DNA of 62,463 bases, the filler included, from Circinaria calcarea (Eukaryota): the NCBI GenBank assembly GCA_051942165.1. It is 7 parts of 7 records of this genome, joined end to end, with 100 filler letters (N's around TTAATTAATTAA, not from the genome) between each part and the next. Parts side by side here need not be neighbours in the genome. Positions count along the whole stretch, not along the records: positions 35,816 to 44,634 come from JAVECS010001042.1; positions 44,735 to 53,549 come from JAVECS010001043.1; 5 more parts are not named here. One strand, written 5' to 3'. Positions 37,256 through 50,556 of the stretch are shown here, piece after piece (position 1 is the first letter of the stretch; each line of letters begins with the position of its first letter). A program made the translations under genes and the position numbers. Under the pieces are notes generated by a model. It was given only the letters and a program-made list of their open reading frames with translations, did no database searches and had not been told where the DNA came from.

Positions 37256-39257
37256 CTATCTTTTCCAACTGACCGGCAATGTCCCCCTTGCCTCGCTTTC
37301 CCCTATCAAGACCGCGGCCACTGCTTCCAAGGCAGATTTGGTATATTCCCAGCACTCTATGCCCCACCAACCTTTCTCTAAGATGCCACTTCGAGTCAAG
37401 TCTCTCACATCGCCCGCACCTACCACAATCCTCACAGCTCTGTTGCTACCCTGATTTTCGGAATCAGCCAATATACTCTCAGCAGCCTTCCAGAATTCTT
37501 CTTGAGCCTCAGTTAAGACACTGCTTGTAGAAGCTAGAACCATCACGACCACGCTTGCTCGACGTAAAAATGCCACGTGTGTCGTAGTGAGACCTACGGA
37601 TAGTGAATAAGGTACATGGCGTGTCAGAGGCCGTAGACGAGATATAGTACGACCAAGGACTTCGAACGGATCAGAACTCTGAGCTTGATTATCTAATGGA
37701 GGAACGGTCGGCGTCAAAAGCAGTAAGACGGATGTTGTAGGAGTCAATATCAGAGGAGATCTGGTATGTTGAAATGTCGTAATCGAAGCGCGATAGGCGG
37801 CATCAGCGAGTGGCCTGTGCATGAGCTGAGGGGAAAGTGAAGGAGTAGGTGTGCCGTTATATACCGTATTCCAGGAGAAATAGCGGGATTTTAAAGCGAG
37901 GATGCGATCCGAATAGGTGCTGACGGTTGAGGCTGGCAGGATAGAGTTTTCAAAGGCGGCGTAAATGGCATCGACGCTGGCGTTCCGAGTATGAGGGTCT
38001 AGGGGAAGACGAACCATATCGCTACCGCACAAAAGTGCTCTTAGAGGCTCGTGGATAAGACAACGACCAGTTGCTGAAGGAAATGATGAGCAGTTCGATA
38101 TGACAAGTCCTCGAAAGCCAAGTTGTCCTCGAAGGACATTATGAGTTACGGATTTGATGGATTCACTTGCTCGAATGGTGTCGTCGAAGTCGTATGTCGA
38201 TGATGAAAGCATAACGCTATCAAGAATACGACTTTCGAAGAGTTGTTGAAGATGGCGCACTTCATCGTTGTTTATCGCATCCATATTGAGATCCTCGCTG
38301 GCAACTATTTGTTGATAAGCCTCGTTTAATGTAGCCGACAGAGCTTCCGTTGCAATCGTCGTAAGCCCAGCACCGTGCAAACCATTCATGAAGGCTGACG
38401 TGTAGCCAACAGCTGTCGCGTGATTGTCGCCAAACATACGTGAGGTATCCAAAGGTTCTGTTAGATCCGTAAGGATATCTATGACTGGGGCAATATTCCA
38501 GTTGAAGCCCGTAGCTACCAACTCCCTCCCTATGGCTTCTCCCACTTGTTGTACCATGGTTGAGGACCGAGTAGCTGCAAGGCCCATCGGGCTCGGAAAC
38601 TGGGTAACTTGTTCGAGGCTCGAAAGATGGCTGACCTAGACTATCTCAGCCTGATTTACTCCCAAAGTCGACAGAATAACTGCACAGTCCAACTAGAGCC
38701 AAAGTTGCCCACTTTCACAGATATTCGTGGTTCTGTAGTATTGTAGATAATCTTCTGGTGTTTGATTGCACCCACCTTACTCGCACAGAAAACCTTCTAA
38801 ATTCTCAGATGTTCGACAAACATGACGGGAGCGGGCACAAGATGGCCTACTCATGATTCCAAAAGTGAAGATACCACTCCCTTCAAACGATGATAAAAAA
38901 TCATTCAGAGGAGACTGCATCCTCACCAGGCCGCCTTCTTGCTCAATGCCTATTAGCAATGGAGCGGGATTACGCAACGATCGTGCAAATTCTTGCAGTG
39001 TCCGATTCAAGTGTAATACTTGAGGTCCATCTGCTCAATCAGCAAGTGGGTTCAGGGAGTAATCCAACTTCTCGGCTGTACCTTGTATATTTTTTGTGGT
39101 CAGTAGGATATTTCCGATCGCATAGCGCTCCAGCAGCGTTCGAATATCTGTAGAAGGAGTGAAACCCTCGAATGAGGCAATCAAGGTCTGGCCAACTTGT
39201 CTGGAGGACCATGAGCGAAAAATACGGCAACGCAATTCTGGCCTCATACCGCTTCAT
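37256..39257 (-). CDS. GH3 beta-N-acetylglucosaminidase (NagZ)-like protein lacking canonical catalytic motifs
   Basis: Spliced N-terminus RQVGQTLIASFEG..IGNILLTTKNIQ|D..PLLIGIEQEGGL|VS..QFPSPMGLAAT..GFNWNIAPVIDI..RMFGD (introns include 38926-38636). The KHFPGHG position reads TEALSAT and the nucleophile region reads LVISNC. Start codon uncertain. Confidence 0.8.
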
Positions 39258-41509
39258 CTCATCTTCCAGACGTTGACGAGGCGTTGTGTAAGCAGCCAAT
39301 TCACAACAACAACCCTGTACTCGACATGGTCAGAACGGTCGCATAATCCAAGGACGACTATATCTCACTGATGCCATTACTGGATTGCACACTTCATCGA
39401 GACTGAAAAGTATCCCTCATGACACTTTCATCAGGAAAGCATATAGGATGAAATCCTGAACTCCCTCACAGGTGGGAATTGTCAGGTCATAGGACTCCTC
39501 CGTCCCCGACAAGCGATCCGACAGGCTGCAAGAAAGTAGCAGAGGCTAAGGATCTTGCAGCAAGATTATTTGACGAAAGTAGTAGTGCCGGTAGTTGGAC
39601 CAGTAGTGGACCACCGAAGGAGGAGAAGGTTTCTAGGCGCATGACGGGGGATGACTGTAACGACCAATGGGCAGTGTTGGGGTGACCGCTTCTCCTCTCT
39701 CCCGCATACCTGTAGGCGGAGGCTGCCCCCATTTCCGTAACCGAGAGGCCACTTTGATTGTTACCGCTCGCTATGAGATCTTTGCTTAGGCTATGCCAGA
39801 TCTATGCTTTTCCCGGCCGTACATCAAAGTGGTGCCCCCGAGATCCGACCTCAGTCAGGCAAATCTAGGACGGCCAAAGGATTATACAAAGACGACATTG
39901 ACAGCTCGGACGAAAATTCGATTCGCTAGAAGCCTAAAGACATGGGTAGTAGGAAATATTTCGAAGTGGAAGACACAACCTTTACTTGCAAAAGGCCTTC
40001 TCTGCGGGCGAGTCTTGGTGAGGTGCCTGACCAGAATGGTGTTCTGAAGGAGGATTGGTAGCAGAAGGAGATGCATGTGGTCAACTGTCTATTCATGTGG
40101 ATCACGAGGTTTGGTGCAGGTGGACGCTTAATGTGAGTGACAGCGAAGATAGTCTGCAGTAGAGGGATCCTTTCCTCATGGATCGATAACAGGCCGCCTC
40201 CAACTGGCGAACCGTCAACTCAAAGGCTAACGCTAGGCTTCCCGTCTCAATGGACGGATGGGGCTTGGTGGAAGGAACCTGAGAACGAACATGGCCACGG
40301 CGAGGCTTGATCGTTCGCCGCCTCCACATCGCACCGCCTTCGATTGACCACATTCGGCCACTGGAGCTCGAGATTGGTCCATCAACCGGGAGCAAGAAGG
40401 GTACCTAGGTAGTCTGGCGTATGTCGTACCTGACCTTGAGACGCGTGGTTTGCAGGATAGATTGTTTATACATGCAGGCAACGATGAAGAAGGTGTTGCG
40501 GAAACTACAGATGTCTCACGGCAGCGCGAATGGAACAAAAGAGGGAGAGAATGGGGTTTCAGAGCAGTAGAAGGTTGATTCCTTAATCCTCTAAGAGATA
40601 CTGAACTACCGCCCCAGAGACCATGCTAGGGAAGCCTGCTTTGCTTCTCCTTCCACAGCGTCCGTGATGGGAAAAGCCAAAGACCAAAGAGATCTAGAGA
40701 AGCCTCCTACATACCGCTTTGAGCCACGCTTGATCGATTGCCCATTTTCCTCCCCGGTGTCCAAAATACCTTAGTCCCCGGCTCGAATGATGCTGGTCGC
40801 TACGTGCATGAAGTCGATCACCTAATACCAGTAATCTTGTGTAACCTGTTCGAAACCCCCGGCTCAACATGAACTCGTGCAGGGGTCGGTGCAGATCTTT
40901 TCCCAACTAGTTCCGTCCATCCCTTCCTCTGACCGGACTCGCCGACGATAAAAAGGCCTGGCACGTCATAATACGGCCGACGGTGATTGGTCGCCTAATC
41001 ATGATCACTAAGTTGGTGAAGACCTTCTAGAGTTGGAGGCCAGGACGGCCTATCACCAGGGACTTGACTGAGGCCGAAATACAGTACAGTACAGTAATAT
41101 CAGCGTGCCCCAGCATCTTGGTCAAGCGCGAGCCTGACGGAGCCAAGGCTTTCTTCGAGCAAGCGCGTCGGCAATCTCAAGCGAGATCCGACTCGATATA
41201 TAAACAGGAGTCCCGAGTGCGTGAGTGCCTTTAGGAAAGTATCTCGAGGCATTCCATCGGATTTACTACTCGTACCGTGTTCGGCTCCGAGGTCAACTGA
41301 CAGGATGATGACCCAGTGTCAGCACTTGGGTGATTGCGTAGAGTTATAGTCCAACCCCAAAGAGGAGACGGCCGGCTTCTGCTGAGTCAAACCCGTACAG
41401 CTTTCATGCACGCATGAGCTTGCAAGTAAGCATGCCAGCAAGAATAGAAGTCGAGACTGGGACTGGTAGGACATGTGACGCGAGCGGGCACGTCATTGAC
41501 CAGAAGCTG

Positions 41510-44016
41510 ATGTTGATCAACCAAGATGCCGTATCGACAGCCGATTTCGAACAAGCGGTTGAGAGTCTCGTCGTAGGCGAGTCCTGATAGACCGCTTTGA
41601 TGGTGCGGTTCGAGTGACTGATATTACGCGATAGCATCAAAACAGCCGGCAAAACACCGAACATGTCAAGTACCGGCTCTCCTGAACTCCATCATCACCT
41701 ACGCCTATCACCATGGAATCCCTGCCCGAGCCCTAACCGTGATCCTTGGCACCGTCTCGAGACCCAGTCACCTTGACCAAAGTAGCCTGACGACGCTCAT
41801 CAAAGGCTTATACCCGCACAGCAGGGTGGCCGCCAACGATATTTACATCGTCGTTAACTCGCTAGGCCAAGGGAAGGAGAAGCCATCGCCAGCAACTCAG
41901 AACCTCCTGCTAAGATGGGTGATTCTGGTGATCGAGGTCCTAGAGGATCCTTCGATCCTAGAGAGGACTTACAGTATTCTCTTCAATCTACTTGACATGA
42001 TCAGTCTACGGTACTGGAACCCCTCGGAATTCCCGGAGTGGTACTAACAGGTCAGGCCGAACTTATGCCATATTCTTGCTCTCATCACACGAAGGAAGCA
42101 TGTCAAGCCATTCCGGATCCAGAGATTGTCTGTGTCACTGCATTTGCTGTCCATTCTCCTGCTTATAAGGTTTTCTTAGGCTTGAGCTCTCCACAATGGT
42201 CGGTAACGAACCCGCTCTTCTAGGACTTTTGCGCACCTACAAGGAATTCTACCCGGACGTCATCGTCGGTCAAGCAACTGGAAAGATAGCTCGGTTCACT
42301 GTCAGTATCTAGTCCGGGTTCCAATATGCGGCTGGAGCTAAAAGTCTTTAGCACCCTGATACGGAATGGCAGGATAGACTTAGGATCATTCAGGACTCTA
42401 ATCTACGTCTATTCCAAGAGATACGGTCACAGACATCCACTTTCAAGGTCGTTCGACGAGGCGTTAAGAGAAGTCGAGTGGCTGTTGTGCCGGAAGTGCA
42501 TACCTACCGTGCTGAGGAGGTGAGTGACCTTTAATAAGACCTATGACGTGACTCACTGGTCTTGATAGTCATCTACGACACTCGAAGAAGTCAGTGGTGT
42601 CCATGACTTTGTTGAAAGGCTGGATAGATTTCAGTTGCCAAATCAGATGGTCTCAGTACTCGATGATCCCTTGTTGCAGCATTTTGTTCTGCTCAGAAGC
42701 AATGATATCTCTGAAGCTCGCATCGGCCAGTGGTTGACCGTGTTCTTCGATACCCAACTTCAACTAGTGGAAGAGAGCGGACAAGCCAACGAAACCTTGG
42801 TGGAGGTTTTGGAAAAGGTGCTTAGATATACACGTCGCATTAAGGTATAAGAATGCAGATTTGCTGCTTGGAAAGTAGAGGCTCATTACTACAGGTCTTA
42901 CCAAGATTTGCCGAGGCTTTTATGACCAAATATCTTCTGCTTTGGAATGGTCAGGAAAATAGAACCTTGATCCTCAACATGCTAGCATATTTGCCCCTTA
43001 CATCTTTCCAAGGTCTATTAGCTGCACTGCTTTTCATGTACCATTGCTGACAGCACGCAGATTTACAAACTCGACTGTTCAATTACCTTGAAGATGCAAT
43101 CCTAGATAATACCGAACAATCCGCAATGGACCTGCTGGAGTACTATACCAGCCTCCTCCGCAACTGGACCACCCGGCTTCTTGCCCTCCCTCAACCTACC
43201 CCTCCTTCAAGTTCCAGTCAAACTACTTCTCTTGCTGCTTTGGTCTCCCACGCCTCCCTTCTTTCCCTTACCCTCCTCACCTCCTATCCTCCAAATCAAT
43301 ACACCCTCTCGGCTACCCTCTCCTACCACGAAACCCTCGCTCATACAATATCCCACGCCCCCAGCCATGCTCAGATTCATATCCTTACTCCAATCCCCCA
43401 AACAATCTATCTCTTGACTTTCCTCTCCCCTACTCTCAGTACTCTCTCTCGACTCTGCTCCATCCTCGCTACTTACAAGCGCGCCTTCGAAGCGACGATG
43501 ACCAGTCCGCCTCCTGGTTCTACGCATGAATATCCAAGAGAATTTGTGAACAGCTTCAATGGCTTCTTGATGGACATCTGTAATCTTCTCTGGCGCTCCA
43601 GGGCTTTCAATACCACGGATACGAATGCCTTGGGCTGCCTCCTCCCACCTTCCACTCTCCAGCACCTCCGCACTTACGTCGAAAAGCTCACGCCTCCGCA
43701 GACCCTATCAACGCTTTTTTCCCTCTCCCATAATCCAACTCTCTGCGCCGTGTCGATTACCGCATTTCGCGATCTCGAAACCAAGGCCATCGAAGACAGC
43801 AATGGAGAGGCAATAGAGACCCGGCATGCAGGCCCTGTAACACAGAGGAGTCTGGCGGTTTTGGCTGTGGAAGGGGGAATCAAGTTAGGGTGGGCGGAGT
43901 ATAGACTTGAGGTTTTGAAATGGCTGGGAGATAGGGGGGTAGGAGGTGTGGGGGACCTGATGTTTTGTACCATGAAGCATCTCATGCAAGGCCAGGGCTC
44001 GGCGAAAGCGGGATGA
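41510..44016 (+). CDS. mis6: Centromere protein CENP-I / Mis6
   Basis: Multi-exon gene. LDQSSLTTLIKGLYP, SLGQGKEKPSPATQNLLLRW, LFNLLDMISLRPNLCHILALITRRKHVKPFRIQ, LPNQMVSVLDDPLLQ, FNGFLMDICNLLWRSRAF, RHAGPVTQRSL and LMFCTMKHL are all typical of fungal Mis6. Confidence 0.9.
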
Positions 44017-44634
44017 AGGGGTTAAAGGGGCGAGATGTTGCAAGCAGAGCAGAAGCGGAACGGAAGAGAGAAATCCTCGAGGTCCTGATTAAATTGAGGG
44101 GAATTTTAAGACAATGCCGAACTAGACTGTTGGTAGAAAGAACATTAAAACTTCTAAAGGGATTGACTGATTGGGTTTGTATGCCAAAAAGCCCAAAAAA
44201 AAAAGGTTTCTCTTGCTCCAAACACGCACTTTTGCAGCTGGAACACCAAAGCTTTCACTGTTCCTCCTCCCCTGTCGCTGTATTTAGTCTCATACAATCC
44301 AAGTCCCCCAAATCGTATTACTTACTACCCGCCATCTAAAATCCCAAGCCCAAGCCCCCTCAAAGCGTGCCCACTCATGCGAATATCATACATCCCCGAC
44401 CCTCCCTTTCAGTTCTCCCTCTTTATATCGTGTGAAACCAAACAACCTCTTTCAAACCCCCCTCCCCGGATTCCAACCCTCCCGATACTGGAGAAACCGC
44501 TCGAGCACTCTACTCCCGCTCTCAGGCTTATCTCCTCTTCTTTTATTTACCGTCTTGTCCCCTTTCCCCCCACGCATCCTATCAAACCCCAAAACTCTTG
44601 AAAGAAAACCCCTTACAGCTCCCATGTGCCATTT

Positions 44635-44734
44635 NNNNNNNNNNNNNNNNNNNNNNNNNNNNNNNNNNNNNNNNNNNNTTAATTAATTAANNNNNNNNNN
44701 NNNNNNNNNNNNNNNNNNNNNNNNNNNNNNNNNN
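44635..44734. other. Artificial contig-joining spacer
   Basis: N44-TTAATTAATTAA-N44. Confidence 0.99.
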
Positions 44735-45808
44735 ACTGCGGTCTTTGTACACGAGCTGAACACTGGCGATTTGGCTAGCCGCGCGGACGGTGGTCCTAAC
44801 GCGAATCTCACCCGTGAACAGGATCGTGCTTCCCCCGTCGAGCAAAGTCAGCTGGATTGCACTTGGTTTGATCTCGTAAGGCGTAATTGGATCCGTGAGG
44901 ACAGTACCCGCTGGCACGACCTCGATCATCTTCTGCAGCACTGTTGAGCACGTGCTAGCAAACGTTGCCGGGTCCGCCATCGATCTGATGGTTACATTCC
45001 CATCGGCCGCAAAAACTCGGGCGTCTGAATTCCGGCCAGCAAATACGGAGGGTCCCACAACCAGAGGATCCGTGGAGACGCCAGCAATATATTCTGAAGC
45101 AATCTTCTCGTCAAAGGCGGTTGTCGAATCAAAATGCTGATAGTTATTCGGCACAGTCCCGGCTACGACAACCTGCGGAAAGTTCTCGGCATGCACTCCG
45201 CCCACCGTATGTCCGCACGCAGTCACGGCGATCATCTCGGTTGTGCTGAAGCCGGTCCTTGCAAATTGATTCTGAAATGTGAATAGCGAGTTTTGCGGGA
45301 GCGGAACGCCGTTGGGCCCCGCCGCCGTTGCATCGATTCTTCCGGACCTGATGCGTACCACTGGGCCTCCGCAAGAGCGCACAGCCGTATAAACCCCCAG
45401 CGCAATTATATCTGCCATTGAGGATTGACTCGACAAGAAAGGCGTGTAGGTAGTCAGCGTTGTGGGGAAAGCTGCGCCAATGTTGTCGCCTCCCAGCTCG
45501 AAAACGATCGAGGCGTCCAAACCGCCGATGCCGGTGAAGACGCTGCCTGTAGCCATATCGTGAAAGGCCGTCCGGATCCACTCAGCCGCGGCGATGCGTC
45601 CATTTCCTTCGGGGGAGAAAGAGCAAGGGGTGACTGCGAATGCGAAGCCTCTTGCCCGGTAGCCTGTGTTGAGCATCATGATATCTTCCAGCTCGTCCAC
45701 CGACGACGGCCATGTCGGCGCTGCTGCTGCTCCATGTTGTAAGACCGCGACGATCCATACGAGAATCGTCCAAGAGAGACCGGCCATAACTGGAGGCAGC
45801 ATCAGCAT
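44735..45808 (-). CDS. Secreted heme peroxidase of the peroxidase-catalase superfamily, hybrid-B (WSC-associated) type; 3' end truncated
   Basis: Signal peptide. Distal AAEWIRTAFHDMAT, GGLDASI, SMADIIALG, CGGP..RSGRIDAT, proximal ACGHTVGGVH and FDST. C-terminal extension (GEIRVRTT) is cut by the gap. Confidence 0.88.
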
Positions 45809-46770
45809 TGTGCAACAAACGACACTGCAAGCGGACCGTAAGGCACGACCATTAAGAAGAGAGTAAAAGGGCAGAGGGGACTACAATCAAGTCGGCTTAC
45901 AATGGCGGGTCAGCTGAGGTCACTTCGATGGACACCCAAGCCCTCGGAGTGCTCCACGGCGTCGAGTTGGCGCACATTGGGAGGTTCGAGATGGGGACCA
46001 TATTCTCAGCGGGGTCCCATAGGAGTGGCAGAGCAGCAGGCCGAGTGAGCTAAAGATAGAAAAGCAGCAAGAAAAGGCTGTGTGTGCCCCTCGTATTTTA
46101 TCGGCCGAATACCACGACCCCACTGGCCGCCGAATCAGTTTCGTAGTGGAGCGAGATAAGGGCGGCTAACGTCGAACGAACGGTGGTCTTGGGAGGGGCT
46201 ATGTGGCTACTACGTCGTGTGTGCTTCAGCTTGCTGTAGCGTTATGTAAGCCGGAGGACGCCGGATCGGTGTTCGAAGTACCTACTGGACACCTCACTGT
46301 CGTCGATCTACTACCATGTGTATACCTGCGACCACAGGATACAGTCGGCGGTGGATTTGCTCAGCGCCTCCCCCTCTGAGGTTTAGCCTCACCTGCAGCT
46401 GGCTCTCCGGGCGGTGTTCGATGACCTTCCGGAGACTGTCGGAGGCGTTAGAGTTTCCAATGAGAATCAGTCATGCGTCTCTGGTGATCAACAAGTCTAT
46501 CATCGATGGCTCGTATCATTCGCCGGAGCTATGAGGCTTTTAAAAATGAGCTACGGTAGTATTCACTCGTACAGAGTAAGATCCAAAGGTAGCAACCGGC
46601 AAGCGGGCTAATCAATTTTCCGCGATTCTCGACCTCGTAAGGCTTCCAAGAGAGACTACTTAAACCTGGTCATTCCGGGTCTTCAAGCCACGACGATACA
46701 ATAAAATACACTTGAATGCTCCGTGCGGACAACGAGAATCAACTGACCAAGCCGCTGACATCAAGCTACC

Positions 46771-47142
46771 ATGCGTCCAACCCTCCTCTCAAGAGCAGCC
46801 ATGTCAGTCCCGCAGCTAACACTGAGATCTCATCATCGTTCCATTCGATTACTAGACACGCGATCCGCCATTCTCTTTCGAAGAGCTAGCTTCAGCACCA
46901 GTAGACAGAACAGGTCTCAGAATGTATCGCCGCAGAAGCCAGGCTATAATGCGCCGGCCCCGCCAAACCCATCTTATCCGGCCTTCAGCTTCGAAGGTTT
47001 AGGCGCAAAGCGCACCGTCAGAGTCGTTGTCATTGCATGCCTGACCGTCTTTGGCACATTGGAGTCGATATTCTGGGCCCAAGTCTTATGGGCCAGATTC
47101 TCACCGTCGCCGGAGAATGAAATCAAGCCAGAAGCAAAATGA
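46771..47142 (+). CDS. Small hypothetical protein, probable mitochondrial single-pass membrane protein
   Basis: Arg/Ser-rich presequence-like N-terminus (RRASFSTSRQNR) and a C-terminal hydrophobic helix VVVIACLTVFGTLESIFW. ATG in accATG context. Confidence 0.65.
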   Translation: MRPTLLSRAAMSVPQLTLRSHHRSIRLLDTRSAILFRRASFSTSRQNRSQNVSPQKPGYNAPAPPNPSYPAFSFEGLGAKRTVRVVVIACLTVFGTLESIFWAQVLWARFSPSPENEIKPEAK

Positions 47143-49621
47143 GTACACGACGTTCGATCAGGCCGCTTGAAATGCAGGACATCTTAGCTTTAGGGACAGG
47201 GTACTCTAGACGATAGAGATAGACGAGAGTGGGCAGTAGCTCCGATATGCAAAAGGTGAAAAGGGAAATATACAGCGTGGGAAGACAGGAATGGAGTTGG
47301 TGGTAAATGGAGTAGTCGAAGTATAGAGCTCCCGAAATAAGGGTCAGAGGAGAGGGGAGATATAGAGCCAGTCAACTTGAATTATCTCGTCGTGTCTCTG
47401 CTATCAATGAGTCATGTAAGCCACCCAGAGTCAGACTATCAGTGGCATGAATGTAGAATCGACAGTAAGAGTACTCGAGGCAGGTGAGTAGAAACCGTTG
47501 CGGAAAATGGTAATATGGCACTGGAGGATCCTTCACTCCGACATCATAGCCTGACAATAAAATAAAACCTCGAACGTCAGTCCCACTCCAAAGACTCGAT
47601 CGATATGTAGAGGAAATGGGGCACCTTTTATGGAATGGTTCTATGCAAACGGAGCGGCGCACTCCACCCCCCGCTTCGCCAAAGCGGGGTAAGAAGAATG
47701 AATAGCAGACGGAGGCCCCCCAATTCTTCTGCTTCCTACATTGCTATTATTCTTCACATGTGCTCGCCGCTGCCAAACTACGTCACCCACCCTCCACTCC
47801 CTATGTACATAGTCACTTTAACGTGTACGTAACGGCCATTTAGTAAGAAATCCCTTCTGTACACGGGCCGAACCCCTATCAGAACCCTCCCGGGGGCCTC
47901 CATTTTCTATGAAAATCGACAGGTGGCGATTCCTTGTTAATATGCCTATGACCCCCTCACTAGTCTACGAACGTAATAGTGAAAGTGCATAGATACACTG
48001 ATCATCTATACATCGGCAACGACTTGTGCACACTGACCTTCGACTGCAAGTTCTCCCGAAACCCGTCTACACTCCATGGGGCTAGCGTCGGATTATGGTA
48101 AAACGGCACCCGTTTTCACCTTTCCCTTGCTGTGCTGGAGTGTTGCTGCATTCACGGCTTTAAATTATGCTTTGCCATAAGTCAATGTTGTGCCCTATAA
48201 CAAGATGACTCTGTCCTCGCAGCTGTAAACTTCATCTTTGCTGGGTCAAGTATCCAGTTGCATACCTCTAGTCTTATCACCAAAGGCAGTGCATTGCTGG
48301 TCTTTCACTATCTTGGCATCGTTGTAGGTATGACCGTTTATACCCCTTCATCGCCCAGATTCCACAGCTCATGCTCCAAGCACGTAGTGGTTAGCGCCCT
48401 GAGGCAGTATTGTCTCGTTTGATGGTTTTGTTACTTCGAATATTCCTCTGGCTTGGATGGATAGTCCTTTCTTATAACACTCTGTATTCTCTAGCCACTC
48501 CTTTGATAATGGCCTTCTTAATGTTGGCTTCGAAATAATTTGCGTTTCTAGCCTTGTTTTCCATGCTCTTCGGCTGCGAATGCAGTGTCGATCTTATGCT
48601 TTGGCACGATCATTTGCTGTTCTTTGCTAAAATCTCGATGGTCTTTGTGGAAGCTCTGTGTGTAACCAGGTATGCCTAGTCGTGGGGCTGTTCTGATGGC
48701 ATAACTTCCATGACCTTCTTTCGATCTGACTTCTGGCCTCAGTATTTCATGCAAGTATTGTCTGTAGAATTAGGCGCCATGAACAAAAGATCCTGCCATA
48801 GTAGGTACATGGTCCCGGTTATTGAAGCCTTTCAATAGGCGCTTGATGTTACATTCGTTAAGTGGTATCATGGTGGTGTCTTGTCCCGAGATCTCACTTA
48901 GAGCCACCACAATCAAGCTCTCATCTCGATGCTTTTGCAGAAGTTTCCAAGTTTCCCTGAGTGCTATATTTAATAACCCTCAGCGAATGGGGTCTATTTA
49001 TTCAATTCGGGGACCATAGCAACATTCCAAACTACCCCTTGTTAGCAAATTAAGTTAATACGACTTGCAATACAGGACTTAGCGAAGCCTCTCCTTGATG
49101 TGTAGGTTCCTTGGGCTCAAATATTCAGACACGAAGACATCATGTCGACAAAGGTTGTGCATGCCTCGATGAATTTCACGCTTTCGCTTAGTGCAGAGCC
49201 GCACCGCCAAAGTAGGCCAAGTGGCGAACATCACCAGCTATATATGACTGAATTTCCTCGGTTTCATTTCCTTGTAAGTGCCCACAAACTCCGATTTCGC
49301 GTTCTACTCAAACACAAATTTCCAAACTTGAAAAATTGCGCAACCACAGCAGAAGCAAGGCCTTACATTTAGAGTTTACATATTTGGTTCGCATATTCGT
49401 CCAGATTAGAAGGCGTACATGCTTCTAACGGTTTCTGCTGCTGATCGCTGACAGCTTGTCTCCTGTGAGGGTCTCGCTGCTGCTCCTGGCCAAAGTACAA
49501 CTTCCCAAGTCTAACACCGCGTTTGTTTGCTAAAGGTTATTAACCAGTTCTAATCTAACTTAGCTACCGTCCTCCGTTCTCATCACAACCACCAAGAGCG
49601 TAACTTCCCCAAAAGCTCAAA

Positions 49622-50556
49622 ATGTACGTAACCCCTTTGCTCTTTCAGCCTCCCAAGACCTACTAAGCAACCGACCAAGGTCCCAACGCCCCCGCGCCAC
49701 TTCCAGCTCCTCCTATGAGGAAACTCTCGCCATTCGCGGCGATCGCGTCACCACTCCTCCTTTATCATTCCCATTCCCTCCACTTGGCGCAGGCAAACCC
49801 TTCGCCTTCCTTACCCTTCCTGCTGAGGTCAGGAACATGATCTACCGTCTCCTGGTCACGCCGCAGTCTTCTGAGCCCCCGCATTACCATACTCCTCTCG
49901 AAGTAAAGCCTTACAACAAGAAACAGCCCCGTGGAGTACAATACCCTACTGCACCCATGTATGTCAACTGGCAGATGCACAACGAGTATGCGGCTGTCTT
50001 GTACAATCTATCGACGGTGAAGATCGAACCTGGGAAGATGACTGGAAGACATGTTCCAGATGGCGACATTCTCCGCACAGATCTGGTAAGAGGAGGCATG
50101 AGAGCACTTCGCAGCCGAGGTTACGTCGCCGAGACCAAGTTCAAAGGCTGTATCTACTCGCACATCCTCATGCGATTTGAGAAGATCCATCTCGTCCTCA
50201 GAGTAACCACCCCTAATCCTCGACTTGGGATCGCCAATCTCGCCGTCCCTAATCTAATACTGTGCGAAGCATCCCAAATGCTTGCCATCTTCACGGCTCT
50301 GTCCTCTTCTGCCTCAACTCTTCTCAACGGTCCAGCTTCACAGAGACGCAAGGGCTTTGTGCTGCGGGTATACACGATTTTCCGTGGAGGTCATCTTCCA
50401 GCCAATAGGGATGCGGTAGCTGAGTTCCTTGCAAGGGAGTTCAACCGATTGGGATGCGAGAGACTACTGATGAACGTATTGGAGGGAAGTCGTAATGTAC
50501 AGATTGAGGGGCTGAGCGACATGCAGATCGGTGCATTGCTCGACGGGTTGAATTGA
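49622..50556 (+). CDS. Hypothetical protein with N-terminal F-box-like motif
   Basis: AT|gtacgt...ctaag...aag|G intron (49624-49679) creates the ATG. The frame then reads SQRPRAT...KPFAFLTLPAEVRNMIYRLLV (fungal F-box-like FLxLPxEIRxxIY) through to stop 50556. Confidence 0.72.

Noticed and set aside
47900..49400. Decayed minus-strand coding-like sequence
   Set aside because: Multiple stops and no identifiable family.
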